15,090 bases of DNA, taken from Elusimicrobiota bacterium (GTDB lineage: Bacteria > CG03 > SLGR01 > JBDRKX01). The notes under the pieces were generated by a model. The model was not told where the DNA came from. It saw nothing but the letters and a program-made list of their open reading frames with translations, and made no database searches. Of this stretch, positions 1 through 12,300 are shown piece after piece. The translations under genes were made by a program, and so were the position numbers. Position 1 is the stretch's first letter. Each line of letters begins with the position of its first letter. The stretch covers positions 1-15,090 of the forward strand of contig JBDRKX010000045.1 of assembly GCA_043813605.1 (NCBI GenBank). The letters are read 5' to 3'.

Positions 1-372
1 CTCCGAAGGAACAGTCAGTCCGTCCGGGCTCCTGCCGTACTGCGCCATGTATTCGAGAATATCTATTGCTTCCTGGACATCGCCGCGGGCTTCAGTCAAT
101 ACCTTACCCATCTCAAGCGTCATCTTCCATGCTATCTCTTCTTTTCTCCTGCGTAATATATTGGCGGCTTTTAATATGATCCCGGCCCTGACGGCAGGAC
201 GGGTATCCTTCCAGCCTTCAAACGCACTGCGGGCGGCTGCAACTGCCCGGTCGACTTCTTCATGAGTAGCTTCTTTGAATATTCCGAGAACCTGATCCTT
301 ATTGGCCGGATTGATAGCCCTTATCTCTTTTGTCCCCTTGGATTTAACCCATCTGCCGTCTATGTATATCCT
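1..372 (-). other. Domain of giant CDS: N-terminal part of a further aldehyde dehydrogenase of a different subfamily (truncated by the window edge)
   Basis: IYIDGRWV, INPAN, EEVDRAVAAARSAFEGW, MTLEMGKVLTEARGDVQEAID, GLTVPSE. Confidence 0.85.
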
Positions 373-3300
373 TTCAAAATTAACTGTAGCTGTATCATCC
401 AGGAGTCTCTTGACTTCTATGTTATGCAGGTAATCCTTAACCTGTTCCACAACAGGTTTATCCCCTTCTGCCCTTAATGCTACTGTCACGCTTTCTTTTA
501 CCTTATCTACAACCTCAAGTTTATGAGCGGATGCGTCAAGGTCCATATCTATGCTGGATATACTGGCGGCCTGAGGCGAGGCTGTTACAGCCTTAATAAG
601 TTCAACGATCAGTTTTTCTATCCCTTTAATATCTACGCCTTTGGTTTTTCCGGTAAGAGTTATATTGAGGTTGTTGTTTAGTGTGCTTTTACTTATTCCG
701 TTTTTCCAGAGATATGAAGTGAAATCAGCTGCTTTATCGCCAAGTTGTTCAACAATATTTTTATCCAGCCGTATCCCTGTTGAATTGAATAACGCTTTTA
801 TCAAGCTATCGGCCGAACCTGCCGCAGTCACGACAGCTTTCTTTGCTTTTTCTTCTTTTATCCGTCTCGCAGCATAGATATCGCCTGCCGTCCGCAGGTC
901 TACCGAGAACTCCTGAGATATGGACCATATGTCAGCCGCCGTCTTTGCGAACTGGTACAGGTAATCCGGGCCGCCGCCCTTTGAAAGGCCGATACCGGAA
1001 AGCTTGAACCCTCCGAACGGCTGCTGCGATACCACTGCGCCCGTTATCTTCCTGTTTACGTAGAGGTTCCCCACCTCGAACTCATCCCTCGCTCTTTCAA
1101 GATGAGCGGGAGTTCTTGAGTATATCCCTCCGGTAAGCGCGTACTTTGTCCCGTTCGCTATTTTCATCGCTTCATCAAAATCCGATGCCTTTATAACAGC
1201 AAGCACCGGACCGAATATCTCTTCCTGCGCTATTTCATCTGCCGGAGAAACATCCATGAAAACAATCGGCGCCACATAGTTACCGTCTTCCTTTATCTTG
1301 CCTTCCCGGATAAGACGGCTTATATCCATTTCTGCAAGTACCGGAATACCGGCCTCTTTCGCCCTTTTGACATATCCTTCGATCTTCTTTTTTGCCGAAA
1401 CATCTATCACGGGATTGACAAGAGTTTCAAACTCACTCTGGTCCCCGACCCTGACTGACTTCATTTTTTCCTTCAGTTTTTCGCAGAACTCGTCATATAC
1501 ATCTTCATGTACGATAACCCTCGAACAGGCCGAGCATTTCTGCCCCGCAAACCCGAAAGCCGATGCTACTGTACCTGCGACTGCATCATCTATATCGGCG
1601 GATGAATCGACGATTATACCGTCTTTCCCACCCATCTCCGCTATAACCTTTTTTGAATAACGCCTTTCTATATCAGCCTTGTTAGCCTTGGCATAAATAT
1701 CCAGGCCCACATCCTTCGATCCCGTGAACGCTATGATATCAACGAGCGGATGCTCTACAAGGTAATTGCCTATCTCGCTCCCGGAACCCGGAAGGTAGCT
1801 GAAAACTCCGTCAGGCAGGCCCGCCTCAGCGAATATCTCGGTGAGCTTATGCGCAACGACAAATGCCTGGCTGGCTGGCTTCATTATTACCGTATTGCCC
1901 ATTATAAGAGAGCCGATTGACATGCCTGCAAGTATCGCAAGCGGGAAATTCCACGGCGCTATGACGGCCGCGACGCCTCTCGGCTGCAGCTCCCGGCCGG
2001 ATTCCATCAGCTTTTTCTCGATCACTGCCGCCTGTCTCGGATAATAGTCGAGAAAATCTATTACCTCGTCAATGTCTCCCAGGGCCTCTCCCCAGGTTTT
2101 CCCGACTTCGTAGATCATCCACGCAGCAAGCTCGAACCTCCTTGACTTTACTATTTCAGCAGCTTTCCTTAAATACTCTGCCCTTTCGGAAACGGAAAGT
2201 TCGCTCCAGCCGATAGACGCGTCCGACGCTGCAAGTACCGCCTTTTCCGCTTCTTCTTTTCCTGCCTGGTACGCCTGCCCGATTACCATTGACGGATCGG
2301 CAGGGTTCAGCGACTTCATCGTCTTCGAGGTTATTTCATTCTTTCCATTGATATATAAAGGAAAGGTGTAAAGCGGATCGCTTCCCTGTGTTTTTATAGT
2401 ATCCAGGACTTCGGCTAGCGCCGCTTCCATTTTTAACCTTGTAGCCGCGTCTGAAAAATCGGGCGCCGGTATATTCTCGAATTCTTCACCGGATCTCTGA
2501 GCGGGCTTATGGAGCGCCGATTCCCCCTTCCATGCAATATTCTCGGAAATCGTTTTCGCGGTAGAAAATTCCATCACAAGATCGGGCGCTATACCGGCTA
2601 TGAACACCTTGACAGAATTGGCATTTTGACCCGTCTTACTGGCCATCTCCCTCAGTGTTTTTTCTTCGAGGGAATTTCCCTTGAAAAATATCCATTCAAT
2701 ATCGTTACTTTGCGCATATTTTGAGGGGTCCGAAAGATGTGCCGGGGTGACTGAAATCGGTTTATTGATAAAACCTTCTTTCACAAGAAGTTTTACAAGG
2801 CTCACAGCGGTTTTCCTGCTCGCCTCAGGTACGATTATATCAATTATCTCGTCTCCGGCGGCAAGTGCGGCCATTACTACCTCATTCAGTTCTTGTGCGG
2901 CAGGCGCATCTTTAAAAACGATAACGCCTCTTCCAAGCGGTATATAAAGGTAATCGTTTATTTCTGTCGGGAAACTTATGGTCGCATTTTCTTTCCTAAC
3001 CTTAAGTGTAGCCTGATATTCTTCCCATAGTTGCTCTATCAGTGTCACTTCGGCAGGCTTCAACCAGCGCCCTATCAGATTCCTTATGAAACCCGCTGCA
3101 TAACGGTACAGTGCTGCGCCTGCAAGCGTCAGGATTCCCAAGCCAACAGCTATTTTTACCAGTGTCTGCTCAGGAGTAGCTTCTGGTCCCAGTATCTGAA
3201 ACGGATCCATTGCCATCATAAGAGCATACATTGTACCGGAGCCTTTTTCAGACTTTATCCCGGCGACCGCCTTTTCTCCAGCCTCAGCGGTAACACGGGG

Positions 3301-6300
3301 AATCTCTTCAAGAAGATTTATTATCACGGCCCTCAATGCAAATCCCCTGTAGCGCTTCAGACTAAAGATTTTTATTTTAACCGTTTCGTTTTTTTCTTCT
3401 TCACCCTCAATTGTTTCCGCCGCGCCAGCCTGTATCGCCAGACCCGCGCTGTGGGCATTATCAATCGCTTCGCCCAGTTTCCTGTTGAAGTATTCCTGCA
3501 GACTTATACTTTTCTCATTTTCATATTTTTCTATACTCGATAAGTTTGTCCACCTTGTCTTAACCAGAATATCCTTCAACTCGGGTCCTTTAATATCGTC
3601 TTTTATCCTGCCCCACTCGTCGAAATTATCATCATATCCCTTGAATTCCCGGACTATCCTGTTTATCATCCTGCGCTCTTCTTTTCTGATTTCCAGTTCG
3701 GACAGTTCTGCTCCCGATATGCTCTTTTTCGCATCTACGTCCTCTTTAACAAAGTCCACCCCGGCAGGTTTTTCAGCTATTGAAGCTGTGATCCTGTTAA
3801 AAAGCGCTGCGGGTTCAGCTTTTTCAGTCTCCCAGCGCATAAACTGGTACAGGTAATCAGGCCCGCCGGCTTTTGAGAGCCCTATGCCCGAACGCTTGAA
3901 ACCCCCGAACGGCTGCTGGAAGACTATCGCTCCGGTTATTCCCCTGTTTATATAAAAATTACCTACCTTGAACTCTTTTTTAGCCCTTTCAAGATGGCTC
4001 GGCGTACGGGAATATATCCCGCCCGTCAGAGCAAAACGCGTATCATTCGCTATATCCAGCGCGTCATTAAAATCCTTTGCTTTAAGTACAGCGAGCACCG
4101 GAGCGAATATCTCGTTCTGCGATATCTCCGAATCACGCGGAACATCCCGGAATACCGTCGGCGGTACGTAAAAACCGGCTTCCTTTATACTTCCGTCAGC
4201 TATTAGCTGCGTCAGGTCCCTTTCCACAAGAACCGGAATACCCGCTTTCTTTGCCCTTTCTATGAAACCCATCGCCTTGTCCCTGGCCGCAGCGTCCACC
4301 ACCGGGTTGACCATGACAGAAGGATCCCTCGGATCGCCTACAGATATCGATTCCACCTTCCCTTTAAGCCGCTCAAGGAACTCCTCGTAAACATCCTCCG
4401 TCACTACAACCCTCGAACAGGCCGAGCATTTCTGACCCGCGAACCCGAATACCGATGCTACCGCCCCGACTACCGCCTGGTCCAGGTCCGCACTCGAATC
4501 GACTATCAGCGTGTCCTTTCCGCCCATCTCCGCTATGACCTTCTTGGGTATTTCGCGTTCTACAGCGGCGGCTTTTTCGTTTATAGAAAGCCCTACTTCT
4601 TCCGAACCGGTAAATGTGATCATGTCCACATCAGGGTGCTCTACCAGGTAATCGCCTATCTCTCTTCCCGAACCTGGCAGGTAATTTACCACACCGGCAG
4701 GAAGCCCCGCTTCCCGGAATATCTCCATCAGCTTGTACGCTATCACTATCGACTGTCCCGCGGGCTTCATTATGGCGGTATTCCCCGTCGCTACCGCTCC
4801 GGCTGTCATGCCGGCAAGTATGGCCAGCGGGAAGTTCCACGGCGAGATCACCGCGCATACCCCCCTCGGCACCCTCTTGAATCCGTCTACCGCGCTGGCT
4901 TTGTCTTTTACTTCAAGTTTAAGCGTCTCGTAAGCGTAATAGTTGAGGAAATCTATCGCCTCATCGACGTCTCCCATCGCGTTTGACCAGTTCTTTCCCA
5001 CTTCGTATGTCATCCACGCGGCAAGTTCGTACTTCCTTAATTTCATTATACGGGCTGCCTCGAACAGGTACTCCGCCCTCTCCGCGGCGCTCGTCTTACT
5101 CCACTTTTCTGACGCTTCTTTCGCGGTCCGGACAGCCTCTTCCGCTTCTTTAATGCCCGCCTTGTATGCCCTGCCCACCACCTGTGCAGGGTCAGCCGGA
5201 TTAAGCGACGCGAGCGTGTCTGATGTTTTGATCTCCCTGTCACCTATAATGATCGGATACGGGGCCTTGCGGAAGGCAATCATCCTGCCGACTTCCGCAA
5301 GCTCCTGCTCCATAATGTTGCGCTGGGAGCGTTTTGAAAAATCAGCGGTCGGCTCGTTAACGAATTCGGTATCTCCCCTTAAACCCGCGTCAAGCGCAGG
5401 CGCCACGCCGCGGCGCAGCATGTTCTCCGTTACCGTCCTTGCGGTAACAAGCTCCATCACCAGGTCAGGTGCTATTTCCGTCACGACTTTCTTGACCGAC
5501 AATGCCTCTTCCGGTGTCTCAGCCGAAATACCCCTGACCGTATAGGCGTTTTTAGCGCTGCCTTTGAAAAATATCCAGTTGATATCCGGATCCGCAGCAA
5601 CTCTGTTTATTACAGTATTAAAAAGCATATCAGATGTGTATAGAAGGATCTTTAATCCTTCTTTGTTAACGCCTTCTTTGATTAGCCGCCTTTCAAGTTT
5701 GAATGCGGCTTCTCGCGCTGCAACCGGAACCGCAACCTCTAATATCTCATTGCCAGCCGCGATATTCGCCATAACTGCCTGCTCAAGCTCACCTTCCGCC
5801 GGCACGTCCTCGAATATTATTACTCCCTTACCCAGTGGCAGATAGTGATACGTGTTTATCTCCGCCGAAAAACTCCTCGTCGCGTTGCTGCGCCTGTCTT
5901 CCATGATACCCCTGTAATAAGACAGCAGATTCTTTAAAGGCGTGATTCCTTCCGCCGCTTCCTTAACGGCAGTGATCTCTTCCGTTTCAGCCGGGGCTTT
6001 TTCAGCCTTAGACGGCGCGGGCTTCGCCAGCAGCTTTGTCATCTCTTCCTTATCGACAAAACTCAGCCTCAGGAACGAATCATTTGACGTGTTCTCCAGT
6101 ATCCTCCTCACAAGATACGCCATCCCCACTATAAGCTTGCCGAACGGCGTGTACTCCCTTATCTCATAACCCATTTCCTTCAGCGCTTTCTTTATCGAGC
6201 CGCCCATACCGTACAACAATTGGAATTCAAACCTGGACGGGTCTATTCCCAGTTCCTGTGACTTTGTTATGGCATATGCCATATTCCTTATATTATGCGT

Positions 6301-9300
6301 CGCGAACGCGGGCCTTATCAGTTCTATATTCTCAAATACAAGATCCGTTATATTTTCATACATCAGGTCCGACTGGTATTTCTCGCTCAGCACCGGAGCT
6401 TCCCAGCCCCTTAGTTCCGCTATCAGCGTCTCGTATTCCCAGTAGGCGCCTTTTACCAGCCTCACCGTGAAAGTCTTATTATTCTCCCTGGCAAATTCCA
6501 CCAGGTCCTTCATGTCCGCCTCGGATTCCTTCAGGTACAGCTGGATCGCTATACCGAAATTATCCCTGTTCAGTTCCTCATCCTCAAGAAGCATCTCCTT
6601 GAATATCTGTATGGTCAGCTCCTTATACGCGTACTGCTCGATGTCCACGTTTACGAATACGCCCTTTGCCTTCGCCTTGTCAACGATCTTTTTCAGCCTC
6701 GATTTTACCGCTTCTTTCGTGCCCTCGAAATCCGTGGGATCGAATTCAGGGTACAGTGAAGTGAGTTTCAGCGATACGTTCGTAAGCTTCCCCTCAAGAC
6801 CTTCAGCTTCCAGCAGTTTCTCTACATAGGTATCAACATACTCGTCCGCCTCGGACTCGCTCAGCACTGCTTCGCCCAGCACGTCGACCGTGTGGTTCAT
6901 ACCGTTTTTGCGCGACCTGTTAACCGCCCGGGTAACATCTGCTATTGTCTCTCCGGCAAAGAAATTCTTCGCAGTCATCTTTATCGCGTAACGCACTACC
7001 GCAGCTACCAGCTTCGGCCCTATATACGGAACCAGGGCAGCACCCCTTCCGGCAAGAACCGCCGCGCGCAAAGACAGCGGAAGCCGCTTTTCATTTGCGG
7101 GAAAATACTCTTTCATGTGGCTGACGATACCCTTATCCGTCAGCTTCGGCAGCACATCGATAAAATACAGAAGCTGCAGTTTTGTGTATTCATCCTTCAT
7201 GCCCCATCCCATTATCTTAGACGTGACATTAAACCTCTCGCTCAGCTTGCCCTGGTACTTATTCGCCAGCTCAAATATCTTTGTCCCGGTTGCCATCACC
7301 TCGGCTTCGGTCTTTGCTTCCAGTATCCTTTCAGCCGCGTAAACATCACCGGCTTCTTCTCCCAGCAGCAGATCACCGTTTTTCTGCATCATTATAGTCG
7401 AACCGTCTTTCTGGGTGAGCTCTATTGTAGCGCTTTTAAATATCCAATCGAAGTGCGACATAGTTATAGCATCGCCGTCATAGTTAGAACCGAATGCAAA
7501 ATGATTTGTCTTCTTTACTTTTTCTTCTTCAAGAAGGTTGCCTGATATCTCTGCAAGCTCATTCAGAGGGAATGCAAACTCACCTATATGATATACATAT
7601 TTAAGGTATTCCTCTTTCTTTTCTTCAGCAATCTCACCGTTATCAATAGCTTTAAGTATATTTTCTTCAGAAAGTTTCAGCGACTGTATAAGTTTTTGGG
7701 TTGCTTCTCCGTCACCCCATATTTCAGGTTCACCAGATTTATCTTTGGCTATATACCCATTTTTTATCCTGACAAATACAGGTTTATCGACTTTCATCGT
7801 TCTCTGGCCCTGTTCATCTATGATCGTACCCGATACATCAAACGCTATAACGCCGTTTGTCTTTAGAGAACCTACGACAGGTGAGAAGAAACTCTCGCCG
7901 GTAGGAATATTACTGTAGAATTCATTATCCACTTTGCCAACATCTTCAAGAGGTTTCCTTCCTTCTATATCAACGACCAGATCTGTCCCGAGCGGAGTTG
8001 TTACATGAGCCGTTACTGCGTTCTCTGTTATCTCAGCTATCCGGTCTGCATTTGCCCGCATCTTTTTATAATCTGCGGGTACCGCCCTGTTATACATCTC
8101 TTTCGTTATTCCGGGGCCATTGACCGATCTTATAAGTATCTTTTGTCCTTGTTTATCATACTCTTTCTGCAGTTCTTCCAACTCGTGGAAATGCATCGGA
8201 TCCATATCCCCTATTTTTATATTACCTATCGTTGACTTGCCCATTGCAAGCACATAGGTCATATTTTTCTCCGTTTTCTGCTTGTTCTTCAATATCGTGG
8301 AATTAATAAAATCATTAAATGATTTATCAACTGTATCCGATGTGGTCTTAGTCGGCTGGATGAACATAAGCGGTGACATGCCTTTTTCTTCCAGCTGTCT
8401 GTAATTTTCAAGCAGTATCTCAAGCCCGTCCTGGTACGGATTCGCTAAAAGAACGAAATTCTCAGAACCGTCTACCCGAAAGAATTCGTCAAGGGCCACT
8501 TCTGTTGTTTTGGCAAGTTCTGAGTCTACAACGAACTCCTTAATACCGGAAAGATCCAGTTTATTCAAACTATGATCTCCTACCCATACAGCATTAGCAG
8601 TCATCAGACTCCTCTGAATATCCGCATTAGCGCTCGGAGCGGACAGTATCATTGTCGGCCTGGCGCCAAAAGCTGCCAGCACATCATAGAGCGCCATCGC
8701 TTCCTTGAAGAGATCCGTATTCGGCTGGGTGAATATCCTGACTTCCTGGCCGGGCCTGTATTTAAAAAGATCGTATTTCTTAAATACATCCGATACGCTG
8801 GCCTTGATATCTGTGAAATTTGAGAATGACTTCATCTCTTCTATCATCAGTTTATAGAGATCGTTGTAAGACTCTATACCTTCACGGTATAATGACACAA
8901 GTTCTTCTGCTCTTTTTACGAGTATGCGGTTATCGCGGTTTTCGTTAGCGATCGACTGGTATCTTCTGACTTCCATATCGAGCATCCTTCTTTCTGTATC
9001 CGCAGACTCCTGAATAAGAGAAAGATCATAACCGCCTCTTTCGACATCCTTCATCATGTCGTCCCATGCCTGCCAGATATCATTTTTAAGATTCTTCTTA
9101 TACGCTTTCCATTGGCGGCTGCTCATCTCATCGATTTTCATGCCGTATCCCACATCTTCAACTTCTTCTTTAGTTAGTGCATCAAATTTGAGCGGGGACA
9201 CATGGTCTTCTCCATATGTTTCCTGCGCTTCAAGAAGCATATCACGGCGTGCATTAAGCGCTTCGAATACTTCAGCCGGTACTGCGTCAAATCCGTTGTA

Positions 9301-12300
9301 ATACTCTATCATACGGTCTACCTTTGCAAGGTTCTCAGGTACACGTACCGTAAACTGGTTCTTATATGATTCTACCGAATAATCCATACCCAGTGTATCC
9401 TTGAATATTTCCTTAAGATCTTCATATAATGGTATATAACCCAGCGGAGTCTTACGCGCTCCTACTTCTCCATGAACCCTCATCTCCATCCATTTGTACC
9501 AGGCTCTTGTGTATTCCCTGCCGGCTACCATCTTGCCTTCACTATCGCTTAAGAAATAGTTTACTCCGAATACCTTCGGAGCTTTTTCTACCTTCTTCGC
9601 AAAATCAAGATGCTGTTTTATATACGCTCCAAGCGGGATCGTAAGAAATACCATGTTTGACATCGGGCTTACTTTTCGCACTCCGGCTTTTCCAAGTTCC
9701 TGAGCTGTTGTCTCGGATTCTATTGTTGCTCCGATAACTACGCCGTTGGGCCAGTCAAACGCTTCAAATACAAGCGGTAATGTATCAGTGTCTCTTCCGC
9801 CGTAGACTACAGCCGAGAGTTCTTTACCTGCCTTGTCATCCCAGGTCGGGTCAAGATTCTCAAATGTCTCTATCGGAGCTGTAAACCTTGCATTCTTATG
9901 AGATACCGGTGTATCACTGTCTTTTGTCCATTCACCGGCATAGTTTATGCCTTCTTCAGGGGCTTCGGTGCCTTTTCCCTTCCAGTATACTTCGCCATCT
10001 TCGGTCATCAGTATATTGGAATATATTATCTCGCCGCCTTCATGTAATGCCTTCCAGATTATCGGGTCATCTTTTGCATTGATTCCATCGATTATCCCGA
10101 ATATGCCTTTCTCTACATTTACTATTCTGGCTTCGCCGTCTATCGCCCTTATATGCGCTAGATCATCTCCTACCAGATAACCGCCTTCAAGTAAGGCGGT
10201 AGATGTCTTGCCGCAGCCTGACGGAAATGCGCCGGAGAAATATGTTACTCTTCCGTCTTTGCCTTTTACTCCCATAACAAGCATATGCTCTGCTAACCAG
10301 CCTTCTTTATATGCATGGCTGTTTGCAAGCCTGTGCGCTAGTTTCTTTAATCCTAAAGAGTTACCGGCATACTGGTTGTTTATCGTATAGACCGTATCTG
10401 ATGCCGGGTCTATGTAAATCCGGCGGTTCTTAAGATCTATCGATGTATTCATTTCATCAAGCTCTCCTGCCGAGTGCAGGAACTTGAACAGATATTTAAG
10501 TTCTGATTCTTTTGTAAACACACTGTAGCCATTCCTGTAAAGAAGGTTCTCGCTGTGTGCTACATAGTATGAATCTGTAAGCTGAAGACACGGTATCGTA
10601 AACTCTGAATCCAGTGGATTAAGTGCTGCAAAGTTTACTACCATATCCTTATTTTCCATAACATCTTCAAAAAGACCGGTTATTTCATTCAGGCCTTTTT
10701 CTCTTTCAAGCGTGTTTATTCCTTTAAGTGTATCCAGCTTGTCTTCTGATAACAGGATCCGTGTGTTCTCTACGTCTCTTGCCTGATCACCGACATTATC
10801 GAAATGGATTGTATGGCCGGCTTTACCGAGTGTCAGCTCTTCACCCTTTTCGATTGCCTTTTGTTTGATATATTCCAGATCTGCTTTAGAGCCGGTATTA
10901 AGAAATACGTTCGCCGGGTTGGTTCTCTTTATCTCTTCATAAAGGAACTCTTTTACGCGAGGATCTTTTACCTTCGCTAGTTTTGCGTATTCTGTTTTGC
11001 CCAGTTTTTCCTGAAGGAAGATATTCACTTCTGATTTCTCTATTGTGTATTTTCCTCTTATCAAAGTAATTATCATGGCGGCAGTCATTATAAGACCGGG
11101 TGTAGCAATTGCCGCAGCTACAGCAAGCGAGCCCATTCCTGTAATAAGATTTAGCAAAGCAAAAAACAGACCGAAGATTGTCAATCCACCTGCAATTAGT
11201 GTTTCTATATTCGCAGAACCTTTATCGCTGGAAAATGGAGATAATTTTTCACGAGCGGGATTAAGAATATCTTCAATTGCATCAGAGAATATCTTCGTTG
11301 CACTATTTATTTTGCCTAACTCATGGGGTATTGGTTTGCCTTTGTATAACCAGTCCGGAGGTTCATGTATAGAGCCTACGACAGCCGCAAAACCTTCTCT
11401 TTTTTCTATTTTCTCAGTTAACATTATTTTGTTTTTTACATCAAACAGTTCTTCCATTCTGTATTCTGCGTCAGGCAATTGACTCAACAACTTATTGAAT
11501 TGGTCTGCAAGTACTTTATTTACTTTCTCAAAATACCTGTAAGCTTCTTCCTGTGTCTTGTCTGAATCCACTTCTATGATCAAATCTATGTCAGACATAA
11601 TACCCGCATTCATTTTGCTTGTACTGCCAAACCCCCAGATATTCCTTATGCCATCTACTTCCTGGACAAAATCTTCTACTATCAGATTTTCCACAAAATA
11701 CCTTAAAAGGCTATGTATGGAGCTTCTTCTATCTTGGATTTCATCTATTATCTGTATTTTATTTTTCAACCCAATTTTTACCCGCGTTTTTTCCAGCGCT
11801 TCTTCGAACAAACCGCTCACCGTGACTGTTTTTTCATCAACCGGAGGCGCGCGTTGCTGAAGCGTCTTAGATATACGCTGCATAGAATACAGGTCGCCGG
11901 CCATGCGCCAGCTTATCCCGTAATTCTTGTATTCCTCCATTATATCGGCTACCTGTTTTGCCGCCGCTTCCATCATCTCGCGACGCATCTTGCCGACCTC
12001 TTCTGTTGTAAGCCACTTGCCTGTAACTGCCTGCATAGTCTCAAAACTCGATACCGTCACACCGGCCGCATTCACAAGAGTATCAGGAAATACCTCTATC
12101 CCGCGGCCGATAAGCAGACGCTCCGCTGCCTGAAGAGTAGGTCCGTTCGCTCCCTCAAGTATCATCTTCGCCGTTATCAGATGCTGGTTATTAACTGTTA
12201 TCTGGTCTTCCTTTGCCATCGGCATAACTATATCCACATCCGCTGACAGAAATGCCTCAAGGGACTCCGATGCATCTACCACACGTATGTTTAAACTGCC

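Larger units (their letters stand above)
949..5940 (-). repeat. Diverged internal duplication of an ~2.1-kb unit (about 3838..5940 and 949..3040)
   Basis: The two protein sequences are collinear paralogs. A 27-bp identical stretch, aaccctcgaacaggccgagcatttctg, occurs at 1516..1542 and 4408..4434 (offset 2,892 bp). Synonymous divergence is extensive elsewhere. Confidence 0.9.

Noticed and set aside
6976..7080. Hydrophobic stretch in the PRODH N-terminal region as a third transmembrane segment
   Set aside because: It is interrupted by Arg/Lys and corresponds to the PutA alpha-domain helices.
10180..10200. Short inverted repeats (accgcctt-N5-aaggcggt here; similar ones near 439..458, 6268..6283 and 9564..9581)
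   Set aside because: They have 7-8 bp stems inside coding sequence, share no sequence, and have no convincing poly-U tail. This is expected by chance.
11842..11853. RAPP tetrapeptide at the GDH/NTase junction as a possible processing motif
   Set aside because: It occurs once in the window, so there is no internal support.
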